NCBI GenBank assembly: GCA_046563655.1
Contig: CM102285.1
Location: 186,001 to 250,000, forward strand
Source of the DNA: Yuukianura sp. NJ FZ-2021
Lineage: Eukaryota
Reading direction: 5' to 3'
Length of the DNA: 64,000 nucleotides
In this document: piece after piece, positions 39,074 to 54,951 of the stretch
Layout of the letters: each line of letters starts with the position of its first letter
Numbering within the stretch: position 1 is the stretch's first letter
The notes under the pieces: model-generated
Databases searched by the model: none
The model's input: only the letters and a program-made list of their open reading frames with translations
Told to the model about the DNA's origin: nothing
Program-made: the position numbers and the translations under genes

Positions 39074-39844
39074 ATGCTAGAGGTGAATAAGACTTTGACG
39101 AAGGAGTGCGAATACTTGACATTCGTACTTGACAGTATCTGCAATTCCTCGGATTCCAGCACTTCCAACACGGGACTTCTTATATTCGTAGGTAAGGCGA
39201 AAGCTACTTTATACGCAGGTATTGTTTGTCTGTCGGCCCGCCACAAAGACAATTATCTCTGAAACATTTCACCTAAACATTTGCTGATCCGTTTTCACTA
39301 TTTAACAACGGAGGAGCCCAACTACTCAACCATTGAACCATTCAATTATTAATTCGTTCTAAAACTGCACCAAAAGAAAGAATGGAGGGATTGCCAAGTG
39401 TTTAAAAACGTTTCTTGGTTTGTTTGGATAGGTATCGTGCTGGTAGTGTCTTCGATAGTTACCTACGCCGCGTTCCGTGTCGTGCAGCATGAGAAAGAGA
39501 TGCAGCACGAGTCTGGTAAGAACCAACCTTAACCTTGGTAGCTGACAGCTAACCTACTCAATTTGCTTTCAGTCCGGAACAAACTTCGAAGATCCGAGTT
39601 GGGCCCGAGTCGGACAGAGACGGAACCCCTGCCATCACCTCAACTGGTCCAAATAGTGTCCTTCGGTGGATCAATCCTCGTCACATACTCAAACGGAAAG
39701 ACTGAAGTGATTTCGGGCAAGGAAGGCCAACCAACACTTTTGTACCCTCTGGGCATTCAAGAATGTCACAAAATTGGACAAGCGATTTGCTCTGAAAAGC
39801 CAACTGAGAAATCCCAACAGTTGTTTCATTACATTCAAGAATAA
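39074..39844 (+). CDS. Membrane protein family paralogue 4 (157 aa); exons 39074-39191, 39432-39515, 39573-39844
   Basis: MLEVNKTLTKECEYLTFVLDSICNSSDSSTSNTGLLIFV|GIVLVVSSIVTYAAFRVVQHEKEMQHES|VRNKLRRSELG...LVQIVSFGGSILVTYSNGKTEVISGKEG...LYPLGIQECHKIG...FHYIQE*; spliced length 474 nt. Confidence 0.85.
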
Positions 39845-40534
39845 CAATTCATTCAGTTAAAACTTACTCACTATATGTGTAACATTTTGGTATCATTTTT
39901 AACACACTACTTTCTCATGTTCACATAATTGACTTGTGTCCTTAAGTTTTTTTAGTTAAACATGTAAAAAGTGGACTTTTTGTGCCAACTTTCGCTCAAA
40001 CCTGTACAAAATTCAACAAGAGTTTTAACAAATTCGATATTTTTCAGAATTTGGATTGCTTAGTGGAACTTTCAGATAACTTTTGATTGACTGAATTGTA
40101 AATTAAAAATACCCAATTTCCAAGGTAGTTGAAAAATAAATTCGATTTTAAAATTTTGAATTTCACTTCCAACTATTCACAACTTTTCAGTTTCTCCTTC
40201 CAGTATAGTAAGTGTAATTAAACTTGTCTGTGAAATCATCTCATCTAAAATTTGATGTAATCTAGAAAGTATTTGTACGCATGAAAGTGTTTCGTGGATT
40301 TTGGATTCTGCGCATATGCGGCATCTATGGGACGTTCAATGCAATATTCCAAATCGATTTTTAAAAAAGGGACCTCGGAAACCAAAGATTGGGGCCAAAT
40401 CATTCGGCTTTCCTATCCCAACTACAGACTACCCCAACTAACCTCTGTATTTTCTCTATTTTTCACCCCTTTGTAACACATTTTTTAAATTAACATAACA
40501 AATCATATATTAACGTGGTAGTTACATAAACTAC

Positions 40535-41870
40535 ATGATGCTGGACGAGAATAAGACTTTGACGACAGAAACGTTGACCAGAATCTGCGACGCATACCAT
40601 CCTTATGCCGGCCCTAACGATATAGAAGAGACGGCAGCTAAGTGGGGCATACGTAAGGCGGAAGCTACTTTATACGCAGATTTATCTGTCTGTCTGTCCG
40701 CCAGCCGCAACGGCAATTATCTCGGAAACATTTTACCTAAACATTTGAGGTCTCTACTCCCGTTTTCACTTATTTAGAAGCCCCAACTAACTACTCAACT
40801 CATCCATCGAATCATTGAACTTACGTAATAAACGGTTGTCCACCGGTGTATGCAAGTAACGAAAGATGGCGGTGCAATCGCAAACAGCTGTTCAGACGGA
40901 CATATTACAGTGAAGTATAATACACTGGTTACCAACGGTAAAATGAAAAAAGGTTTTTAGCTCGGGGTTTTGTGATGCATGCAAAAGTTGTTGATCTCGA
41001 TGAGACAAACAGGTTTTGTAGAAGTCATTTTCCATTTTACCGAGAATAAAACCTTGACCTTGACCTTTCACCTGGAATGAGCTGATCCACCGGGTTGATA
41101 TTCAATAGCGACTATCAAAAGGCTACTCCCGTAAATAGATCCCGCAAATATTGAGCCGTTTCCGAGATAATTGCCGCTACCTGCCGGCCAGACAGACAGA
41201 CAGACAAAGCCACACCATAAAGTAGCTTTCGCTACTTAATAATCAACTTTTGCTACCTAAAAATCGTTCTCAAACTGCACGAAATGGAAAATATATAAAT
41301 GGGTTTTGGTTCCAAGTGTTTAAAAACGTTTTTTAATTGGTTTGAAAAGGTATCTTCATTGGATTTACTATTCTATTGTGCATCTTCTCATGCTGTTCAT
41401 GCATTCGATTTGATTTGATTTTCTTCGATTTGAAGCAGTGTGGTAAGCAATAAAGTTGACATTACTGGTACTGCTACTTTTTTTAGTACCGACCGTCGAC
41501 CTAGTCAATTGCTTTTTTTTTAGTCTCGAATGGACGTGAAGGATCCGGGTCATTTCGGAAGCTAATAGGAGAGAAGGATCCCATACCGAAGCCAATAGAA
41601 GAGACGGATCGCATTAATCCCATTCCGAAGCTAAAAGAAGAGATAGATCCGATACCGAAGCCCACGTCAAATGAGGTGGTTGACATAATGTGCTTCGGAG
41701 GAGCACCAATTCGCGTCACATACACAGACGGAAAGACAGAACTGTTTTGGGCGGAGAAAGGGGTGACAACATTTTTATACCCACACACCATTCGCAAACG
41801 TCGCAAAATCGGACAAGAGATTCTGCCTCAAAAGGACTTCAAGCGGGGCTTTAAGGAAGCACCATTTTAA
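40535..41870 (+). CDS. Membrane protein family paralogue 5 (~185 aa); exons 40535-40652, 41350-41442, 41524-41870
   Basis: MMLDENKTLTTETLTRIC...KWGI|RIFIGFTILLCIFSCCSCIRFDLIFFDLKQC|VSNGREGSG...3x(D/N)PIPK...VVDIMCFGGAPIRVTYTDGKTELFW...LYPHTIRKRRKIG...*. Confidence 0.8.
41035..41240 (-). mobile_element. DINE-1/HINE (Helentron-associated)-like element fragment in intron 1 of paralogue 5
   Basis: The minus strand reads agtagc-gaaa-gctact hairpin, (tgtc)n microsatellite, then ggcaattatctcggaaacggctc. Family assignment is from recalled architecture; boundaries approximate. Confidence 0.5.
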
Positions 41871-42679
41871 TTAGTTGTAATTATTTTATTCTTTATTTTT
41901 ATACTCTCTTTAGAATGCGGTTTTCAAATTTGAAAAAATTCAGTCGTCTTATTAGGCGTGTTGACACAGAAATTTTCACTTTAAAAAAATTACCTATAAC
42001 CTTGAAAAAGTAAGCTTAGCCATATAAGCGACACATCACAATTCGCAGTAGAAGCGAAAAAAAAAGTAACAAAAATTTGTAAATAGCCAATTTAACATAT
42101 TTCATATAATATAATATTTCATAACATATAATTAGAAATAAATATATTTACAATTTTAATAAATACCTACGGATTTTACTATTACTATATTATTATTATT
42201 ATTATTATTATAATATTATTATTAGTATTAGTATTATTATTATATTATAGGTAACGGTAACATATCTAAACAACGCTGTTAACAAAACTCTCTTTGTACG
42301 AAAACATTTTTGAAAAGTGGCTGCTGATCAACGTCGAGGATAAGTGGTTATTTTCCTAAAAGAAAACTTTTTTTAATTGTTTTTTTTTTTTACATGATGT
42401 TCTAAAAAAATGTTGGTTTGCCAGTCACTTTTTAAAAAAAAAAGTAGTTTTTTTTCTATGGAATCGTCTTCTTAGATTTGAATTCTGCTCCAGCGCGGCA
42501 TCTCTTGGTCTTTCACTGTGATATTCAAAATCTATTTTTGACAAAGGGAGCTCGGGGGCCGAATCATTCGGCTGTCCTAGTCCTACCCCAACTATTTTCT
42601 CAATTTTTCACTCCTTTTTAACTTAAACTTTTTAACTGAATTTACTAATATTGACTTGGCCGTGTGTTACATAAACTAA

Positions 42680-43987
42680 ATGATGCTAGAGGGGAATACA
42701 ACTTTGGCGACAGAGTACAAATACTTGGCATCCGTACTTGACAATATCTGTCCTCCCCCTCATTCCAGTACTTCTGGATCTTATGCTTGGGCTATTGCAT
42801 TCATATGTAAGTCGAAAGTTTAGTTGATACGTAGATATTGTCTGTCTGTCTCTCTGCCAGCCGCAACGGCAATTATCTCGAAGGATACATTTCACCCAAG
42901 GTTTCTTGACAACGAAAAGGTGTTGTTTCGTTGTCAAGGAACCTTGAATTTCACCTAAACATTGCGGACTCCGTTTTCACTATTAAACAGTGTTCCGTAA
43001 AAAGCGGTTTTTTAAAGTCGATGCTTTGCTTTTGGCTGTAAGTAGTTTTTTGTTAGGCCTTTTTTGCTTTTTTTTGTTGTAAAAGCAGAATTTTCGCTGC
43101 AAAGTGAATGCCAGCCAATTAATTAATTTGTATTTAATTATATATCGTAGTCGACGTATAGTCGTTACATACGGCAATCATAGTAAATTTTATGATTCTT
43201 TTACGTTAAAAAAAATTCAAAAATCGACTGAAATGGTCAATTAAGGTGTTTTGAAAAAAGCAAAACCCTAAAACCAAACGTGAAAACGTTTTTGCTTAAA
43301 AAGAAAAAAAAACAGTGTCTGCTTTAAAGCACATCGGATTCGGAACACTGCTAAGGAGAGGCCCCAACTACTAATCCATTGAACCAGAGAACTACCGTAA
43401 ATTTCCAAATACAACCCCCGAGGCATTTGTTTGGAGACCTATGGGGAGAGGGGTCATATTCGGAAAGTTATAGTAATAATATCGTTCTAAAACTGCATTA
43501 AATGAAAAAAAAATTGAGGGATTGTGGGCTGAATTGTTTAAAAACTTTTGTTTTCAAATGTAGGTGTCCCGGTTGGAATTTGTGTTCTATTTTCCATCAT
43601 CATAGGCTGTGCATATTACGATAACTACACCCGTTCGAAGAAGTCTGGTAAGCAACGTTGACATTTCTAGCGCCGATAGCTAAACCTAATCAATTTGGTT
43701 TAATAGGGAATGGATATCCAAGACCCGAGTTCAGTTCAAGCCGGCCGCAAAGGACGCAGAAATCACCCCGGCCACCACCTGAAATGGTCGAAATAGTGGC
43801 TTTCGGAGGAGAAATTTTCGTCGAATACAGAGACGGAACGTTTGAATTCATTTCAGGAAAGGAAGGGATGCCAGCACTATTTTACCCTCTGGGAATTCAA
43901 GAACGTCGCAAACTTGGACAACCGATTTGCACTGAAAAGCAGACTGAGGAAGCGAAACAGTTATTGCATTACATTCACGAGCACTAA
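42680..43987 (+). CDS. Membrane protein family paralogue 6 (163 aa); exons 42680-42806, 43564-43647, 43707-43987
   Basis: MMLEGNTTLATEYKYLASVLDNICPPPHSSTSGSYAWAIAFI|CVPVGICVLFSIIIGCAYYDNYTRSKKS|GNGYPRPEF...MVEIVAFGGEIFVEYRDGTFEFISGKEGMPALFYPLGIQERRKLG...LHYIHEH*. Confidence 0.85.
42897..42946. mobile_element. 50-bp minimal CAAGG-family MITE
   Basis: caaggtttcttgacaacgaaa-aggtgttg-tttcgttgtcaaggaaccttg; atttcacc duplicated on both sides; empty site in paralogue 4 (39262 aaacatttcacctaaac). Confidence 0.75.
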
Positions 43988-44740
43988 ACAAGACATGACA
44001 AACATAATTCAGGCGATAAAGCAGTTTTCTAAAAAGCTAAACTGGACGAAACTGGAACTTCCGGGCCATTAGCAGAGCTGTAAAGGATTTATTTTCATTT
44101 TTATACTTCAATTTTGTAATCTAAATAAATTTAAATCTTAAATCTTATTAATGTCATGTTTGGTTTTTGTTTTTTGCATAAAATATGGTGAATAAAATAT
44201 TTCTTCCTTCTACATCAAATTAAGGTGTAAGTAGTATGTCATCCATCAATTTGTTCCGGATGAAACATAATCCGCTGAAAAAAGTGTCTAATCCTCAGAA
44301 TTGTACTGAATCCAAAACCTAAGCAACGATTCTTAGGAATAGTCACTCCGAATGCTGTTGATTCAGAGGATTAGTCACCTGCCTCATTCTTTAATTTGAA
44401 GAAAGTATTAACTTCCACCCTTTTGTATCACAGTGTAGGGACACCGCCATGTTAATGGCTACAAGGGATGCCTACACTTGAGTGGCAACTTCAGTGGCCA
44501 CTTTTACCAAATCTAGCCTAAAGCGGCAATGTAAGTTGCCACACATTGTATCCACTAAACATCGTAGATTGGCTACACTGTCCGGCCACAGTGAAGATCG
44601 ATGGACCTTACTCCAACCAAAATTTTAGTAAAAACTTTATTTAAAAACTGTAATTTTCTTTTTGAAGACAAGGAGAGAGAATTACTATTGTCGATTGTTG
44701 AAACTAGTACTCAGCATTGCTGAGGTCTAATTCAGCTCCG

Positions 44741-46311
44741 ATGGCCGAAAGTACGGAACACAATCCAACCGTGATTGATTGTGCAATTTGCCTAGAGAAA
44801 GCAGGTATAACCAACTAACCAGTGTGAAGAAGCGTTTGACACAATTTTATTACACAATATCCTTGCTTTTCAGTTTATCCTGTGAAACTGCCGTGCAGCC
44901 ATTGCTTTTGCTACTTGTGCTTGAAAGGAACTGCTCTCACGGCTACCCAACATGGACAGAATCCACGATGTTCAATGTGTCGAACTGGCATTCCACTTCA
45001 TATCCTCACCAATCCTCCTCTAATGGAACCCGTTACGAGCAATCCATCTGCTGCCAGTGGCAACGAGTATCAGTGGTTCTACGAGAGCCGTGGCGGTGGT
45101 AAGTTCCAAAATGATAAGCAAAAGGAGTTCTTTTTATTGAAAATACTATTCAACCCTTTCTGTTTCCATTTTTCAGGATGGTGGCAGTTTGAGCAACGAC
45201 ACAATGTCGACTTGGAACGAGCCTTCGAAGCCAAAGAACCAAAGTGCAAGTTACTCGTTGTTGGGCAGTTGTTTGAGATTGACTTCCAGCAGATGATTCA
45301 GTACCGTCCAAATAGTCGTCACATTATACGCAGAATCAAACGAGATTTGGTCACTGCACAGAAAAAGGGAATCGCCGGTATCAGGATCAACTCTACTCCA
45401 GATTCCTCCACTCCTGTCACTCAAGGTAACTCAACAGGCTGATACAACAATTTGTAGCTCTGTTTAGATCAAGATCTAACACTTTTTCAGTATTTTGGTT
45501 TATGAATTACTAATTAAGTTAACCACGAACATAGCCTAACTTAACTTGGATTTGCAATTGATGAAATTGTGAATAAATCGTTTTTGTTTCGTTCTGTCAT
45601 ACGCTTCGTTTTTTCACAGGAATCGACACAAATGCGACTCAGGATCCCCCGGTAGCCTCAGCCTCTGCCACGGCCCTGCTTGGTCCAAGTGAAATCAGGG
45701 CCGTCACTGCTCGCAGTCTAAGTTCATCGGAAGTGGAAGAATACTTTGAAGAAGATGATGATGATGGGAGCTACTTTGGAAGTGACATATCAGGTGACGA
45801 AGACCAGGAAGAGGATGACGATGATGATGACGGAGGAGATGTCGTGATCGTCGACTTTTTTCCACCAGTTCCTCAAACGCGCGATAGTTCAAGTCAAGTT
45901 GAAGCTGAAATTGAGATAGTCGATCTCGATGATACTCATGTTGACGTTGGAACCACTCTTCAGCAAATGATCAACCGAGTGGAGTCGGAAGCTGTCTCGG
46001 AAGTGACTTTTGGCGATGTTGTCCCAATTCCGCATTTCACTGCTGGTCGCTTTTTGTCTCAAATGAACAACCGCGAGGCCACTTTAAATTCAAATTCAGA
46101 ATCGAATCAACTTTTGGTACTCCGTCGGCTGAATGCCCGTTCCGTCTCTGAACCGGCTGGATTCCGGTATGTCCATGACTTTACGACTCCGTCGTCGTCC
46201 AATTCCGTTGAGTCAGCCGTGGCAGTTAGTGAAATTGGTGAAGATGGTGCTCAGGATACTACTGGTCATAACAATATGCTGCCCGAAGAGGGAATGGACA
46301 TCGCTGATTAA
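44741..46311 (+). CDS. RNF146: E3 ubiquitin ligase RNF146/Iduna (RING + WWE); exons 44741-44804, 44874-45098, 45177-45425, 45620-46311
   Basis: RING: CAICLEKA|VYPVKLPCSHCFCYLCLKG...CSMCR. WWE: YQWFYESRGG|GWWQFEQR...IDFQQMIQYR...RRIKRD...KKGIAGIR. Acidic tail. Confidence 0.92.
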
Positions 46312-46563
46312 TTCATCAAACCCTCGAACAACACTTCAGAATTTTCTATTTTCTTAATGTCAACTTTCCTTAATTATCCTTTCCAATTTAATTCGTAATT
46401 ACTAAATAGGTCAATGTGAAGACAGAATTCGACGAGGGGAATTCCATTGTAATTAATTTTTGTCCCACAACATAAGATATTTTGAATAAAAATAGTAAAA
46501 TAGTAAGCCAATTCTGAAAACCAGGAGATGTTATTAATAATGTTATTAATTTTTGCGTAACGT

Positions 46564-50208
<3,645 letters not shown>

Positions 50209-51551
50209 TTTACAAAAAAAAATTGTGACAATGAATACAAAAACGCTGTCGCTCAAAATAGATTTCACCTTTTAGTTCACATGGTTCGTATCACAGCACA
50301 ACACAAATTGAAACTTCAAACTTTTTCGTTTTCGAAACTCCTCAAAATTTCAAATTTCGAAAACGCTTGAAAAACGTCACGACGAACTGAAGTTATCCAG
50401 AAGAAACACACGCATTAGCAACACTCCCTACCCGGATACACTACACGTCCAACATATCCTTGTTCAAGAGCCACAAAACCACAGCATTCTGCAAAACCAA
50501 ATTTCGAAACCCTTAAAAACTCAACTTCAAATTTTGAAAAACTCGTAATTTGCCACCTTTCGACTAAAATCTTCAATTTCAGCGTCGATTTTACCCAAAT
50601 TTGAACTTTACTCAGGCCAAGGTTGCCTCAAAAACTAAAAATGGCAAAGTAGAAAGGGATTTTGGGAGAATACTATGCACTGCCAGTACATAGCACAGTA
50701 TCTGCAAACTAAAAAAAATCGAGGTTAGGTTTTGATGATGCGATTAATCTTAAACTCTGAGAATACAAAAATTCCACCATACCTTAGACATTTTGAACCC
50801 CACCCAGCAGTTTCTACTGTTTCATCTTCTTCGTCTGGGGATAGACAGCAGTATGCAAGTATACTGCTAAGCATACTGCCAGTATATACTTGAGTAAGAT
50901 CATTAAGGAGTTGTTAGCCTGGGGCGATGCAATTCCACAACCTTCCAAGTAGTACTTGTACAATGGAATTCCTATCCCACTCAACCACAACAATCTTCAA
51001 AAGGGAAAGGGTGAAGATGACAACGACGTTTGTTGTTACCGTAAATGTTCAAATAGTGGCCCTGAAAGTAGTGTACAATTGATGCGTTTGATTTTTGACG
51101 CCTCACTTCTAGAAACGTCTTAGGTTGAAGTAAACCAAACTCAGAGTTAACGTCTACCTATTCTGATTGTTCTACATAACACATTTCCCAACTAGGTTAG
51201 GTACTCTAAATTTCATATTAAATTTCTAGCTATTTGAAATTTGGAATTTTCCTTACACTATACTCGAATTTTCCATCTAAATTTCTAGCTTTTTGAAATT
51301 TGGAATTTTCCTTATATTATACTCTAAATTTGTTATTAAACTTTTAGCTTTTTGAAATTTGGAATTTTCATTATTATACTCCAATCTTCCATCTAAATTA
51401 CTAGTGTTTGGAAATTTGAAGGCTGGTATACTTCAGTATCGAGCCAAATTAAAAAATATAACCTGTAAAATAAATATATATATATATATATAAATATGTA
51501 AATATTAAATAATAATAATAAAAATAATAATATAAATACTCATATGTAAAC

Positions 51552-51941
51552 TAGAGCTTCAATATTCGAACACTATGCTCGATATTCGAATAACGAATAG
51601 GTATTCGAATAGGAAAACCGGAATATTCGAATAACGAATACGAATTTACGCATAAATTTTCAAGGATGGACGTGTAATTCCTATTTGATTTTAACACATT
51701 TTTATTCTAGCTTAATGCTTTTTGTTTTTATTATCATTTATAATTTATATTTTTTCAATTTTGTTTAGTTCAAAACGGTGAATTATTTGTTCCTGATTCT
51801 AAAAGGAACACTCACCCATATCCAATCAATTCCCACCCAACTATTCGAATATATCCCGTTGGTATTCGAATTACGAAGCTTGAAAACAAGAGGCTTCGTA
51901 TTCGAATAATCGAATATTCGTATTCGAATATTGAAGCTCTA
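51552..51941. mobile_element. hAT-type MITE
   Basis: TIR tagagcttcaatattcgaa / ttcgaatattgaagctcta; perfect 8-bp TSD atgtaaac; subterminal tattcgaata motifs. Confidence 0.9.
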
Positions 51942-52406
51942 ATGTAAACTAAATATTAGAGAAAAAAGTTTTCATTTGCAGGTACATAGAGCAGCGACGG
52001 ATTCACTTCAACCTGAGTCGTTTCTAGGGTTGGTGCGCTAAAAATATCAATAACTGCACAGGTTAAAAAATGAAGTAAAATAGGAACCCGGGGATTAAAG
52101 GAGATTTACGGTAAGATTTTAAGTATGTGTTCTGCAGCATCCCACTGTCCTAATACGAGTGACTGAACTTCCTTGGAATGAAATTTTCATGAAGACGAGA
52201 ACATAAAAGTGAACTCTGACGTCAGGGAATGACCCATTGCACAAATAATTACCAAAACAACTCAATTAACAAAGAAACCCAATGTGTACCCAAATGCTCC
52301 TTTGCAGTAAGTAAACAAGTTGTTCAAAAACGTGGAGCTTTACTGTAGATTTGACTTGAGCAGATAAAGGTTTGACAGAGTTGAAGAAACTGCGAGAGTG
52401 AAGAGG

Positions 52407-54109
52407 TCAACTGTCACCGACATTTGTACTTCTGGTGGTAGTGGACTGGAGCTCCTTATCAAAGTCCATACAGAGTTTTTGAGCAGCAGTGACATGGTGA
52501 GGTTGGACGGTAAAAAGTGGACCGTGGCCAGGAACTATAACGTCTCCATTCTGTAGGGCTAGGAGTCTATTTTCTGCTTGTTGCTTCGGATAGAAACTGT
52601 TGCCCATCCATTTGTGTGGCGTTTCAATGTCGTCTTCGGATTCAAACAAATCTCCAGCGATGATGAATCGACGCCCGTCCTTCCCTTGGACATGAAGCGA
52701 AACGTCTTCATTTGTGTGTCCTGGACACGGCACAATCTTGATCCAGTCGTCTATCACATACTCCTTTCCTATGAATGTCGAAATTCGAAAACCAAAGTTA
52801 ATCAACAACTAACCTTAAGTTAATCGATTAAGTTTAATCTTAATTAATGTTAATCATCTTACCTTGCTCGAACGGGTGGATAAAGAACTCGTTCTTGAAT
52901 GACATGCAGAATCCAACAACATGCTTGGCATCTAGGAACAGGTTGTTGTTGCCGGTGTGGTCCGTGTGACCATGTGACGACACCACATAGTCTATCCTAC
53001 TCACTCCAAGTTCTTCCAATTCTGCAATTAAACAACCCTGATTAATCGATTAACCATTTGAACTTAAAATCTATCAACTAAAGATATCAGAAGAGCAAAC
53101 ACGCAATTTTAAAGTGATTGTAAAACATGGTTCTAGGCCGTGGCCAGTGACCGTGACCATACTCAAACCAAACTACTACGTTTAATAAACGTGTGATTAA
53201 CGTCGTTGATCACGTGATTGACATGACGGAAAAATTGTGCTATCGCGGCGCAGCACCGAACTGGACGCCATTTTTTTTCTAGACTAATTTGAGTATTCTG
53301 AATCCGAATCTGAAAGAATTTTTCTCCGGAAATGACGGGAAGTATTTTTTTTTGAATTTTGAAAATCGAGATTTCCCCATAAGGACACATGCTAACTTTT
53401 TGAAGAAAAAAAATCCCTTTTTGGCAACCTAACCTAACCTAACCTAAACGTTATAAACACATTGTATAAAGCTTTAACAAACGTTACCTAACCTAAATTA
53501 GCAAAATAGAAGCGAAAACCTATTTTCCGAAAAAGTCAACATGTGTCCTTATGGGAAAATCTCGATTTTCAAAATTCAAAAAAAAATACTTCCCGTCATT
53601 TCCGGAGAAAAATTCTTTCAGATTCGGATTCAGAATACTCAAATTAGTCTAGAAAAAAAATGGCGTCCAAATCGGTGCTGCGCCGCGATAGCACAATTTT
53701 ACCGACATGACTTTGAATGTGAACACGGTCAGCTGACCGCGAGGCGAGACAGTCAACTCAACATCATTGACACGACAGAAGTAGTTACAAAAATGGCGTG
53801 ACATCGACATGAACTTCAAGCAAAATCGAATCAAAAACGTTAGTTAAAGATCAAATAACATCAATTGACAATTATTGACACCGCCGAGTTATAAGTAATC
53901 GATCACTTAATCGATTACTTGTAACTTATAAAATGGATTACTTATTTTACTTGATTACTTGTTTTGATAAAGTGTCCATCCCATGGTGTGAGTGTGTCAA
54001 AGATGACGTTGGTCTTTGGACTTTGAATGACCGTACAAGTGGCATTGGCAAACATTGACCCATTCTGAATGTAGGAGTAGCCATCTTTAATTACTGTCAC
54101 TTCGCACAT
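52407..54109 (-). CDS. MBLAC1: Metallo-beta-lactamase domain-containing protein 1; exons ~53959-54109, ~52863-53021, 52407-~52768
   Basis: VTVIKDGYS..ANATCTVI..VIFDTLTPWD, SHGHTDHTGNNNLF (HxHxDH), PCPGHT, IAGDLFE, IVPGHG. Confidence 0.88.
53228..53703. mobile_element. Merlin-like MITE with ~170-bp TIRs in an MBLAC1 intron
   Basis: Ends GG(A/T)AAAATTGTGCTATCGCGGCGCAGCACC; perfect 8-bp TSD gacatgac; the centre holds (aacct)n runs. Confidence 0.85.
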
Positions 54110-54951
54110 CGTCCAACTTCCAACAGCCAATCACAATTCACAAGTACTTCGCCAGCACTTGTATTTCCAGTAGTATTCGAGATGATAATCACCTGTTGGA
54201 GAAACAAACATCAAATTAATCACGTAAATCACAAAATTTAAGTAAATCAAGGACACACAAAACAATGAGACTAACCTTGTGCAGTTCCGGAGATATCCAG
54301 AATCTAGGTTTATCCAGCAGACGAATCTAAACTCAACTAAAAGTCTGATCAATTTCAAAGTTTAGCAAATTTAGCAACAAAATCTCACTATAAAATTTTT
54401 TGTAAAAAAAAAAAAAAATTCTAGTTGACGCCAGCCATCGGAGATAAAAAAAAATCACAAAACAGGAGAAAAAAGAAATGAAAGTGACAGTACTATTCTG
54501 GAGTGAGAAACAGAAAAATTGAAAGAAGAATCTGAAAACTAAATGTTGAAAAATTGAATACTGAAATTGGAAATGTAAAAATTGAATTTATTCTTCAACA
54601 GTCTTTCAAGTTGAGCATTTTTAATTGTAAATTTAATCAAAAATTGGACCTTCTAGTAGGAAATAAAAATGCTGTAAATTATTGATTGCTTTGAAATCCT
54701 TATGAATGAATTTCCAAAAAATATCTTAGGGAAAGTTTAAATTCATAAAGTCCACTTTTTACATTTAGGAACTAAACCTTAAGGACGCATTGTGAAGGAG
54801 CTGAGCATTACGAAAAAGTACAAGAGTAATTACGTTAAGGTTACATTAATCCAAATATTGTCGAGTTTACTTAAGGTAATTACATGGAGATTTTGTTGCC
54901 TTTTAGCACGGAATGCTGCATGCTGAATCAGTCAGTAAGCTGGATGCGGGA

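Noticed and set aside
53425-53500. Telomere ((TTAGG)n)
   Set aside because: Only about 4 units, internal to a MITE.
53163-53801. Twin ORFs MCPYG(E/K)ISIFKIQKK on opposite strands
   Set aside because: Artefact of the MITE's inverted arms.
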